NCBI GenBank assembly: GCA_965116885.1
Contig: OZ220741.1
Location: 2,080,001 to 2,144,000, forward strand
Source: Candidatus Latescibacterota bacterium
Lineage (GTDB): Bacteria; Latescibacterota; UBA2968
Direction of reading: 5' to 3'
DNA length: 64,000 bases
Below the pieces are notes generated by a model that did no database searches, was not told the DNA's origin, and worked only from the letters and a program-made list of their open reading frames with translations. A program made the position numbers and the translations under genes. Within the stretch, counting starts at the first letter, position 1. Each line of letters begins with the position of its first letter. Below are positions 28,758-37,072 of the stretch, piece after piece.

Positions 28758-30818
28758 ATGTTCGGTATTTCATTTACAAATCCAATGCTGTTGCACGGTT
28801 TGTGGGCGGCGCTGTTGCCGCTTGTGATTCATTTGTTGAATCGGCGTCGTACGGTAACAGTTTCGTTTTCAAACGTGGCACTTTTGCAAAGACTCCAGCA
28901 CGACCGCATGCGACGGCTAAAATTAAAGCATCTCGCGTTGCTCATTTTGCGAACTCTGCTCATTGTTTTGCTGGTGCTGGCTTTTGCGCGTCCGACTTTG
29001 AGTGGGGGTAGTGGGCAGGTGGGCGATGCGGGTACGTCGGCGTTTATTTTGCTCGATCGTTCGTTGAGTATGCAATATCGCACAGCAGAAGGTACGTTGT
29101 TTGAGCGGGCGCTTCGCAGAGTGCAGGCTCTGTTGTCCCTGTTTGATGAGCGCGACGATGTGCGTCTGGCACTGATCGACAATGACGTTGAGGAGGTCGA
29201 TATGACCTCTCCAGAGCGGTTGCGGTTGCTTATGGATACGCTAAAACCCGGTTTTGGCAGTACAGATTTTGAGGCGGGATTGCAATTGGCTTTGTCGCAT
29301 TTGTCCGGGTCACAGATGCCCAACCGCGAGTTGTATTTTGTAACGGATCGCGCTTATAATGGATGGACGAATTTGCCCGATACATTGTCTAATTTGGACG
29401 ATGTATCGGTGTACATCCTTTCCGAGCGGCCTTCGCAAGTTGCCAATATCGGCATTGGGCAGATCAATACGACTTCTCCAGAGGTCGGGCGTTCAACCGC
29501 GCTGGGGATCGAACTGATCAATTACGGCTCGGCAAATCGAGGCGATGTGCCTGTGCAGATATTTTTAGATGGTCGGCGCATTGGCCAGGATATTGCCCAT
29601 GTGCCTGCGGGAGGGCGCCGCAAATTGCATACGTCGTTTGTGCCCAAAACAGGGGGGGATGTTTCCCTGCGTGTGGAAATAGGAGAAGATGATCTCGAGG
29701 CCGATAACAAGTGCGTGACAGTGTTGCGCGTTCCAGAGCGCGTCCGCATTTTGCTGGTGGGGGATGCGTCCCGCGAGTCTTACTATCTCGCAGAGGCTTT
29801 GTCCGTTGTCTCAAGCGAGGTGGTGCAGGTTAAACCCGAGCGCGTATCAGATCAGGTGTTGGAAGATATTGATGTGGTTTTTTTGTGCAATGTTGCGCGG
29901 CTTTCTACAGGTGCGATTGCCGTTTTGCAAAATCGGATATCTCGCGGGGTTGGGTTGGCTATTTTCCTGGGGGATCAAATAGATGTCCGATATTATAATG
30001 AGCATGTGTTGCCCGCGCTTTTTCCCGCTAAATTACTCGGTACGCGGGGTGTGTTGTCAGGCGCTTATCAGGCTTTACAGACAGTTTTACCCGATCATCC
30101 CATGCTGTCGGGTCTGGAACTTAAAGGGGCATTTCAAAGCCCGCGTTTTTTTGTTTCTTATCGGGTCTTACCCGCGCAAAATGCACAATCTGTGTTGTCC
30201 TTTACTTCGGGGGCACCCGCGCTTCTCGAAGCGCGCAAGGGCAATGGGCGCGTCGTGCTGTTCGCGTCTTCGGTGAGTGCGAATTTGGGATGGAATGACG
30301 CGCCGCTTTCCGGCTTTTTTGTTCCATTTGTGCATCGCCTGAGCGGATATCTGGCGGCCGGGGCGTTTGGTCGATCTGACTATCGCGTTGGTCAGGTTGT
30401 GTACAGAGATCTCCGGCAAAAAAATGCTTCTGAAGCTGTTCTGCGGGCGCCGGGTGGAGAGCCCAGAACAATTTGGCCTCAACAACGCGGTTTGCAATCG
30501 GTGTGGCCGGTCGGGGTGGTGGATGCGCCAGGGCTGTGGGAGATTTTTGCGCGCGAGCGCGTCTCTGATCGCTTTGCCGTTCAGATTGATGAGCGCGAAC
30601 CCGATTTGACCCCGGTTCCGATGGCGCGACTCGAGACTCTGTTTGGTAAAGACCGCTTGTGCGTTGTAGATGGCAAGGCCGATTTGAAGGAGGCTATTCT
30701 TTCCCAAAGGCATGGTCGGGAGCTTTGGCGATGGGTGTTGTTGTTGGCCTTGATGGCGATGGGTGCAGAGATGCTCATTGCACAGTCTGCGCGCACGAGC
30801 CGCGGGACGCAACCTTGA
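28758..30818 (+). CDS. BatA-domain/VWA membrane protein
   Basis: P..IHLLNR......FS...L, LR.L....LVLAFARP, LLDRSLSM (MIDAS), VTD, C-terminal ELWRW helix. Start ATG 28758. Confidence 0.85.
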   Translation: MFGISFTNPMLLHGLWAALLPLVIHLLNRRRTVTVSFSNVALLQRLQHDRMRRLKLKHLALLILRTLLIVLLVLAFARPTLSGGSGQVGDAGTSAFILLDRSLSMQYRTAEGTLFERALRRVQALLSLFDERDDVRLALIDNDVEEVDMTSPERLRLLMDTLKPGFGSTDFEAGLQLALSHLSGSQMPNRELYFVTDRAYNGWTNLPDTLSNLDDVSVYILSERPSQVANIGIGQINTTSPEVGRSTALGIELINYGSANRGDVPVQIFLDGRRIGQDIAHVPAGGRRKLHTSFVPKTGGDVSLRVEIGEDDLEADNKCVTVLRVPERVRILLVGDASRESYYLAEALSVVSSEVVQVKPERVSDQVLEDIDVVFLCNVARLSTGAIAVLQNRISRGVGLAIFLGDQIDVRYYNEHVLPALFPAKLLGTRGVLSGAYQALQTVLPDHPMLSGLELKGAFQSPRFFVSYRVLPAQNAQSVLSFTSGAPALLEARKGNGRVVLFASSVSANLGWNDAPLSGFFVPFVHRLSGYLAAGAFGRSDYRVGQVVYRDLRQKNASEAVLRAPGGEPRTIWPQQRGLQSVWPVGVVDAPGLWEIFARERVSDRFAVQIDEREPDLTPVPMARLETLFGKDRLCVVDGKADLKEAILSQRHGRELWRWVLLLALMAMGAEMLIAQSARTSRGTQP

Positions 30819-30913
30819 CTTTTGTAATTGGTGCGCGTATTTTTTTGAATTGTGGTGGGCGGGCTGGGGGTAGGTCCCTCTTGTTTTTCATTTGAACGAT
30901 AAAGGATGTTTTG

Positions 30914-33358
30914 ATGGCGAAAAATTTGATTATTGTCGAATCACCTGCCAAAGCGCGGACAATTTCTCGATTTGTGGGCAAGGACTACAAAGTCGCCGCT
31001 TCTATGGGGCATGTGCGCGATCTTCCCGCACGCGAATTGGGCTTTGATGTGGAGAGTTTTGATCCCAAATACGTGGTGTCGCAAGATAAGCGCAGTGTGA
31101 TTCAGGCACTGAAAAAGGATATTAAACAAGATACGACTGTGTATTTGGCGACGGATGAAGACCGCGAAGGGGAATCTATTTCGTGGCATCTGATTTCTGC
31201 ACTCAAGCTCAAGAATCAGCCCATTAAGCGGGTTGTGTTCCACGAGATTACCCGGTCTGCTGTTTTGCACGCGCTTGAAAATCCCCGCGAACTGGATCAA
31301 AATCTGGTCGATGCACAACAGGCGCGTCGCATTCTGGATCGCGCTGTGGGATATCAGTTGTCGCCTTTGTTGTGGCGGAAGGTAAAGGGGGGATTGTCAG
31401 CCGGGCGCGTGCAGAGTGTGGCGGTGCGGATTATTGTTGATCGGGAGCGGGAGATTCGGGCGTTTAAGCCAGAGGAGTATTGGAAGATTAAATCCGATTT
31501 TAAGGATCCCAAATTTCAGGCTGAATTGACGCGTCAGAATGGCAAAAAAGCGTCTGTAAAAAATGAAGCCGAGGCCAAAGCTATTGAGGCGAGTGCGCTG
31601 CAGGGACAATTTGTCGTGACAGAGGTGGTCGAGCGCGAGGGCGTGCGGCGGCCCGTGCCTCCGTTTACGACATCGACGCTGCAACAAGAGGCGTCTCGCA
31701 AACTGAGTTTTTCCGTGGCGCAGACGATGCGGGTTGCACAACAGCTTTACGAGGGCAATTTTGAAATTCCCGGATATACCGGCGGTTTGATTACTTATAT
31801 GCGTACCGATTCGGTGAATTTGGCCGAGCAGGCGGTGAATCAGGCGCGGGAGGTAATTGCGCGGGAATATGGTCGGGATTACACCGTGGAAAAGCCCCGG
31901 CGATTTGCCAATAGGACCAGGGGGGCACAAGAAGCGCATGAGGCGATTCGTCCGGCGGATTTGTCGATTAAACCCAACCGCGTTAAAGCACATCTCGATC
32001 CCCGACAATTTCGGCTTTACGATTTGATCTGGAAGCGCACATTGGCGACGCAGATGGCCGATGCGCGCATTGCATATACGACGATCCGCATTCGGGCTGG
32101 TGATGCGGGCGAATTGATTTTTGAGGCAAAGGGGCAGCGCGTTTTATTTCCTGGATTTTTGAGGGTTTATGCCGAGGGATCAGATGATCCGGAGGCCAAT
32201 ATCAGCGATAAAGATGTGATTTTGCCCAGGGTTGAAAAGGGGCAGGTGCTCAATTTGGAGAAGTTGCATTTGGAGCAGTTGTTTACCAAACCACCCGCGC
32301 GTTATACCGAGGCGTCGCTGGTGAAGAAGCTCGAGAGCGAGGGTATTGGGCGTCCCTCGACTTATTCGCCGACGATTTCGACGATTCAGAGCCGGGAATA
32401 TGTGGAACGCACGCGAGATAAGAAACTCAAACCCACAGATATCGGCGAGGTGGTGAACGATTTTTTGATGGCGCATTTTCCCGATATTGTCGATTTGGGT
32501 TTTACGTCGCATCTCGAAGACGATTTTGACGAGATTGCACAGGGCAAAAATTCATGGAAAGAGATGTTAGAAGCGTTTTATCCGCCGTTTAATGAGCGGG
32601 TGGAAGATAAAAAGTCGGTTGATAAAATTGGGCGCAATCTGGGGAAGGATCCCAATACAGGGCGCGAGGTGAGTGTGCGTTTTGGGCAGTATGGTCCCTA
32701 TGTTCAGATTGGTAGTGCGGGTGAAGAAGAAAAGCCTTTGTTTGCATCTTTGCCACCCAATCGGAGTATTTTTGATATTGAATTGGCCGATGCGCTCAAG
32801 TGTTTTGAATTGCCGCGCAAACTCGGGCAAAATGATGCGGGCGATGAGGTGCAGGTCAATAGTGGTCGGTATGGCCCTTATGTGCGAATAGGTCGCAACT
32901 TTTTCTCCCTGCCAGAGGGAGAGGATCTGTTTGCGGTGACGCTGGATCGCGCATTGGAGATCGCGGCGGCTGAGAAGGATCGCAAAGCCAAAAATGTGAT
33001 TCAGGATTTTGGCGATTTCCAGGTGCTCAATGGTCGGTATGGTCCTTATATTCGCAAAGATGGAAAGAATTACAAGATTCCCAGAGGGATGGATGCGACG
33101 ACATTGGACCGCGAGACGCTCGAAAAACTCATGCAGGGCGGGGCGGGCGGCAGGCAGTCGCAGCAGGTGATTCACGATTTTGATGGGATTCAGGTTCTCG
33201 CCGGGCGCTATGGTCCTTATATCAAACACGATGGCAATAATTACCGCATTCCAAAGGACGTGGAGGCGTCGTCTTTGACAAAGGCGGCTTGCGAGAAAAT
33301 TATCGCGGAAAACCCGGCGACGAATAGGAGAAGGTCGAGAAGAAGAAGTAGGAAGTGA
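30914..33358 (+). CDS. topA: DNA topoisomerase I with C-terminal GRYGPY repeats
   Basis: IVESPAK, SMGHVRDL, ATDEDREGE, SAGRVQS, LITYMRTDS, AQEAHEAIRP, GIGRPSTY. Confidence 0.97.
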   Translation: MAKNLIIVESPAKARTISRFVGKDYKVAASMGHVRDLPARELGFDVESFDPKYVVSQDKRSVIQALKKDIKQDTTVYLATDEDREGESISWHLISALKLKNQPIKRVVFHEITRSAVLHALENPRELDQNLVDAQQARRILDRAVGYQLSPLLWRKVKGGLSAGRVQSVAVRIIVDREREIRAFKPEEYWKIKSDFKDPKFQAELTRQNGKKASVKNEAEAKAIEASALQGQFVVTEVVEREGVRRPVPPFTTSTLQQEASRKLSFSVAQTMRVAQQLYEGNFEIPGYTGGLITYMRTDSVNLAEQAVNQAREVIAREYGRDYTVEKPRRFANRTRGAQEAHEAIRPADLSIKPNRVKAHLDPRQFRLYDLIWKRTLATQMADARIAYTTIRIRAGDAGELIFEAKGQRVLFPGFLRVYAEGSDDPEANISDKDVILPRVEKGQVLNLEKLHLEQLFTKPPARYTEASLVKKLESEGIGRPSTYSPTISTIQSREYVERTRDKKLKPTDIGEVVNDFLMAHFPDIVDLGFTSHLEDDFDEIAQGKNSWKEMLEAFYPPFNERVEDKKSVDKIGRNLGKDPNTGREVSVRFGQYGPYVQIGSAGEEEKPLFASLPPNRSIFDIELADALKCFELPRKLGQNDAGDEVQVNSGRYGPYVRIGRNFFSLPEGEDLFAVTLDRALEIAAAEKDRKAKNVIQDFGDFQVLNGRYGPYIRKDGKNYKIPRGMDATTLDRETLEKLMQGGAGGRQSQQVIHDFDGIQVLAGRYGPYIKHDGNNYRIPKDVEASSLTKAACEKIIAENPATNRRRSRRRSRK

Positions 33359-33366
33359 GAGGCAAC

Positions 33367-34254
33367 ATGAAAACATCCATTATCCAATTCCTCACTCACT
33401 TGTCGCGGCAGCGACGATTGTCCGATCATACGTGTGCGGCATATAACACGGATCTGGATCAGTTCGCCGCTTTTTTGCATGGGCGGCAGGTGGATCGCGT
33501 GGAACAGATTGACCGGAATGCGGTGCGGGATTTTTTGGGCTTTTTGCACAATAGGGGATTTGGTCGGCGGTCTGTTGCCCGAAAGCTGGCGGCGGTGCGA
33601 ACGTTTTTGAGTTATTTGTGCAATGTGGGCGATTTGGATCGGAATCCCGCACTCGATGTGCGCCCGCCCAGGCAGGATAAGATATTGCCCGTTCATCTGG
33701 ATGTTGACGAGGTTGCCCGCGCGATGTCCCTGCCGTCGCCCAATACGGTGTTGGGATTGCGCGATCGGGCGATTTTGGAGTTGTTTTACAGCGCGGGGAT
33801 TCGATTGCGCGAGCTTGCGGGTCTCAAAATTGAGGCTGTGGATCTGGCAGATAAACTGGTGCGGGTTGTGGGCAAGGGCAACAAAGAGCGATTGGTTCCT
33901 TTCGGGGAACCGGCTCGGGTCGCGCTGGTGGCTTATTTGATGCGGCGAGAGGAACTGGTTTCTGAGCAGACGACGGATAGACGGCATTTGTTTTTGGCGC
34001 GGTCTGGGCGTCCGCTGAGTCCCAGTGGTATTCAAGGTCGCGTTGCCCGGTATCTCAGCAAGGCGACCGGGCGGTCTTTGTCCCCCCATGCATTGCGCCA
34101 CGCCTATGCAACCCATCTGCTGGATGCGGGTGCAGATCTCAATGCAGTGAGAGAATTGCTCGGTCATGCGAGTCTTTCTACCACACAGGTTTATACGCAT
34201 GTGAGTGTTGAGCGGTTGAAAAGAGCCTATCGACAAGCGCATCCACGGGCGTGA
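33367..34254 (+). CDS. xerC: tyrosine recombinase XerC
   Basis: RDRAILELFY..GIR..EL, GKG.KER.VP, SPHALRH.YATHLL..GADL..V.ELLGH.SLSTTQVYTH; adjacent to topA. Confidence 0.9.
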   Translation: MKTSIIQFLTHLSRQRRLSDHTCAAYNTDLDQFAAFLHGRQVDRVEQIDRNAVRDFLGFLHNRGFGRRSVARKLAAVRTFLSYLCNVGDLDRNPALDVRPPRQDKILPVHLDVDEVARAMSLPSPNTVLGLRDRAILELFYSAGIRLRELAGLKIEAVDLADKLVRVVGKGNKERLVPFGEPARVALVAYLMRREELVSEQTTDRRHLFLARSGRPLSPSGIQGRVARYLSKATGRSLSPHALRHAYATHLLDAGADLNAVRELLGHASLSTTQVYTHVSVERLKRAYRQAHPRA

Positions 34255-34265
34255 AACGAGGAAGT

Positions 34266-34547
34266 ATGATTCTCGGATACAAGGACCGCAGAACCGAGTT
34301 GTTCGCCAGTGGCGCATTTGTCGCTGCATTCCAGGGGTTTGAGAAGCAGGCAGCGAAGCGGCTTTCAATTTTGAATGCGGCACCCTCACTGGCTACCTTG
34401 AGGGCGTTACCGAGCAATCGTCTTGAAGCTCTCAAGGGGGCGCGGAGAGGACAGTATTCCATCCGAATCAATCGGCAGTGGCGTATCTGCTTTACCTGGT
34501 CCGGCAGTCCGGGGCCAACCGATGTCGAGATTGTAGATTATCACTAA
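34266..34547 (+). CDS. higB: HigB-family (RelE/ParE, plasmid killer) toxin
   Basis: PSNRLEALKG.R.GQYSIRIN.QWRICF.W...DVEIVDYH. Confidence 0.92.
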   Translation: MILGYKDRRTELFASGAFVAAFQGFEKQAAKRLSILNAAPSLATLRALPSNRLEALKGARRGQYSIRINRQWRICFTWSGSPGPTDVEIVDYH

Positions 34548-34567
34548 AATCGTAGAGGATCTGAGCC

Positions 34568-34858
34568 ATGTTGAAGCGAGTTGTTCATCCCGGAGAGATT
34601 CTACGAGACGAATTGGCGGAATTTGGAGTATCCCCAGCGACGTTTGCACATCAGATTGATGTGCCGCCGGATCGCATTGGTCAGATTATCGCGGGCAAGT
34701 GTTCTGTAGATAGCGATACCGCTTTGCGCTTCGGGCACTGGTTCGGGGTTGATCCTTTATTCTGGCTGAATCTTCAGATGCAGTTCGATCTCGTTGTGGC
34801 CGATCAGAAAGTTGGGATGGCTATACGAGCCTTACCCACTGCTCAGGAAAGCACCTGA
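34568..34858 (+). CDS. higA: HigA-family HTH antitoxin
   Basis: VHPGEILRDEL, RI..II.G, DTALR...FG....FWLNLQ..FDL. Confidence 0.92.
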   Translation: MLKRVVHPGEILRDELAEFGVSPATFAHQIDVPPDRIGQIIAGKCSVDSDTALRFGHWFGVDPLFWLNLQMQFDLVVADQKVGMAIRALPTAQEST

Positions 34859-35031
34859 TGACACAACTTCCCGTATCATTGTTGAACGAACGATCTGTAG
34901 ATTTACAGAAACGCGGTATTGACAAAGCGCAGGCTGCAGATTTGCGTGAACGCCTGGCGACCTTTGCCGAAGACTGGGAAAGCCCGGAAATGAGTATTTA
35001 TGACAACTATGATGTAGCCAAATCCAATTAG
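34858..35031 (+). CDS. 57-aa small protein resembling the C-terminal part of a TA-associated antitoxin family
   Basis: Below the ORF track cut-off. TGATG overlap with higA; MTQLPVSLLNERSVDLQKRGIDKAQAADLRERLATFAEDWESPEMSIYDNYDVAKSN. Confidence 0.6.
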   Translation: MTQLPVSLLNERSVDLQKRGIDKAQAADLRERLATFAEDWESPEMSIYDNYDVAKSN

Positions 35032-35033
35032 AC

Positions 35034-36683
35034 ATGCCTGCGCTCGCGTCTCACGTCTTACCTCTTACCTTTTTCTTTCTTTTTTTTGCCTGTGCGCGGC
35101 AGATGCCTCCGCCGGGAGGGCCGCTCGATAAAACGCCGCCGAGGGTGATTGATACAGTGCCCGCAGATGATTCTGTGCGAGTCGGGCTGGATACGCCGAT
35201 TCGCATTCGCTTTTCTGAGGCGATGGATCGCAGGTCGGTCGAGCGGGCATTATTTGTTTCCCCACAGGGGGCTGAGGAATTCGATTTCAAGTGGCGTGGG
35301 GATGTGTTGGAAATTCGATTGCCCGATGGATTGCAAGCCGACCGAACGTATCTGGTCACGGTGGGGCAGGAGAGCGCGGATGAGTGGCGCAACCGCATGC
35401 GGGCTTCTTATAGTTTTGGATTTGCGACGGGAGATCGATTAAATCGCGGGGAACTCAACGGGCGGGTGTTGCAGTCTAAGGAGCAGACGGGACAAGTTTT
35501 TGTTTGGGTTTATGATCTGTCTGTGGTGACAGCACCCGATCCTGGAAGAGACCGTCCCACTTATGTGACGCAGCCCGATGAGACGGGTCATTTTGTATTG
35601 CCGCGGTTGGGTTCTGGGAATTATCGGACATTTGCTTTTGGCGATCAGAATAATGATCGCACGTATTCATCAGGCGACTTGTTGGCACTTCCGCCCGGCG
35701 ATGTGGCGTTTACCGGTGAGGAGCGCGTTCGTCTGGGCGATCTCAAATTCGCGGTGCGCGATACGTCAGCACCTGTGCTCGCTGCTGTCCGCACGCCCGA
35801 TCAACAGCATATTTTGATGCGTTTTGATGAACCAGTACGCGTTTTAGGCGTTGAAATAACCGACCTTTCGGTATTGGAGATATATCAAGACCCCGTTGAT
35901 TCGAGTGGGGTGGGGGTGATCACCGAACCGCAAACACGGGGTGTGGAATATACAGCGCGGGTTGATATTGTGGATCGCTGGGGCAATCGCGATACTACAG
36001 ATGCAACAGTGCGAGGCGATGGTACGCGCGATCGACGCGCGCCAGAGGTGTTGGCAATCTCACCGGTGGAGAATGCCGAGAATGTTTTGCCAACGGCTGA
36101 GGTTCGCATGTTGTTTTCCGATGCGATGCGTGTAGATGTCGTGTCTGACTTCTGGATAGCGTCGGATTCGACGGTTGTTCCCCAGGGGCATTTTGAATGG
36201 GTTGCGCCCAATCATCTCGTGTTTACACCGGATAGTCTGTGGACGAGTGGGGAGACGGTTCGACTTATTGGACATCGCGAAAGGCTATTGGATATTGGCG
36301 GCAATATTCTTTCTGAACCGATTCCGTTTGTTTTTTCTGTGATGGATACCGCGGCACTGGGGCGCATTTCCGGGACGACATCTTCTTCTGATGTGGTGAT
36401 ATGGGTGGAGGGGGTGACGCATGATTTTTTTCGGGAACAGGTTTTGCGGGATACGACGTTTAGTTTGACGAATATGCTTCCAGGGACGTATCGCATTTCC
36501 GGATTTTTAGATCGCGACCGCAATGGCTATTGGATGTCTGGGCAAGTCCATCCGTTTTTGCCCGCAGAGCCTCTGGTCGCGCAGGCTGATACTGTAGAGG
36601 TGCGGGCGCGGTGGGAGACGGAGGTGGAGAGGTTGGAATCCAAAATCTGGTGGATGTTGCCAACCGGTGAGGAGCGTCCGTGA
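35034..36683 (+). CDS. Ig-like (Big_5) domain lipoprotein
   Basis: Lipobox FFAC, CA....P.GGP.D.TPP.V....P, I.FSE.MD repeats. Confidence 0.82.
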   Translation: MPALASHVLPLTFFFLFFACARQMPPPGGPLDKTPPRVIDTVPADDSVRVGLDTPIRIRFSEAMDRRSVERALFVSPQGAEEFDFKWRGDVLEIRLPDGLQADRTYLVTVGQESADEWRNRMRASYSFGFATGDRLNRGELNGRVLQSKEQTGQVFVWVYDLSVVTAPDPGRDRPTYVTQPDETGHFVLPRLGSGNYRTFAFGDQNNDRTYSSGDLLALPPGDVAFTGEERVRLGDLKFAVRDTSAPVLAAVRTPDQQHILMRFDEPVRVLGVEITDLSVLEIYQDPVDSSGVGVITEPQTRGVEYTARVDIVDRWGNRDTTDATVRGDGTRDRRAPEVLAISPVENAENVLPTAEVRMLFSDAMRVDVVSDFWIASDSTVVPQGHFEWVAPNHLVFTPDSLWTSGETVRLIGHRERLLDIGGNILSEPIPFVFSVMDTAALGRISGTTSSSDVVIWVEGVTHDFFREQVLRDTTFSLTNMLPGTYRISGFLDRDRNGYWMSGQVHPFLPAEPLVAQADTVEVRARWETEVERLESKIWWMLPTGEERP

Positions 36684-37072
36684 TGTTCTTCTGGAAATAT
36701 CGAGGTCAGTTGCGTCAGGTGGGTGTTATTATTGGTCTTCTGGTATTGATATGCGCGGTGTTGTTTTATCAGTTTACATATCGCACGCCCGAAGACGCAG
36801 AGCGAGAACGCGCCCGTATTATATTGCAACGCATTGCGGCTCTACAACACGCATATCGCGCAGAATATGGCACTTATTTGCCTATTGATGGAAAAAATAA
36901 CAGTGGTATTTTACAACTCAATAATGCGCCCGGACGGTTTCGCTATCGGGTGACGGTTTCAGAGGATGGCTTCGTGGCGTATGCAGAAGCAGATTTTGAT
37001 CGAGATGGCAAAGCTGAGGTGTGGGTGGTGGATGCAAGGGAATCGGAACCGGTACTTAAACATGAGGATTAA
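36680..37072 (+). CDS. pilin-like membrane-anchored hypothetical protein
   Basis: N-terminal TM helix, then A...L..I...Q..Y....G.Y, F.A.A..D.D.DG...VW as in pilin-like proteins; no clear GFTLxE prepilin motif. Confidence 0.5.
   Translation: MMFFWKYRGQLRQVGVIIGLLVLICAVLFYQFTYRTPEDAERERARIILQRIAALQHAYRAEYGTYLPIDGKNNSGILQLNNAPGRFRYRVTVSEDGFVAYAEADFDRDGKAEVWVVDARESEPVLKHED

Noticed and set aside
33367..34254. Tyrosine recombinase as the integrase of the defence island or a prophage
   Set aside because: About 295 aa, XerC-like, next to topA, backbone-like composition and 25 kb from the island; it is best read as housekeeping.
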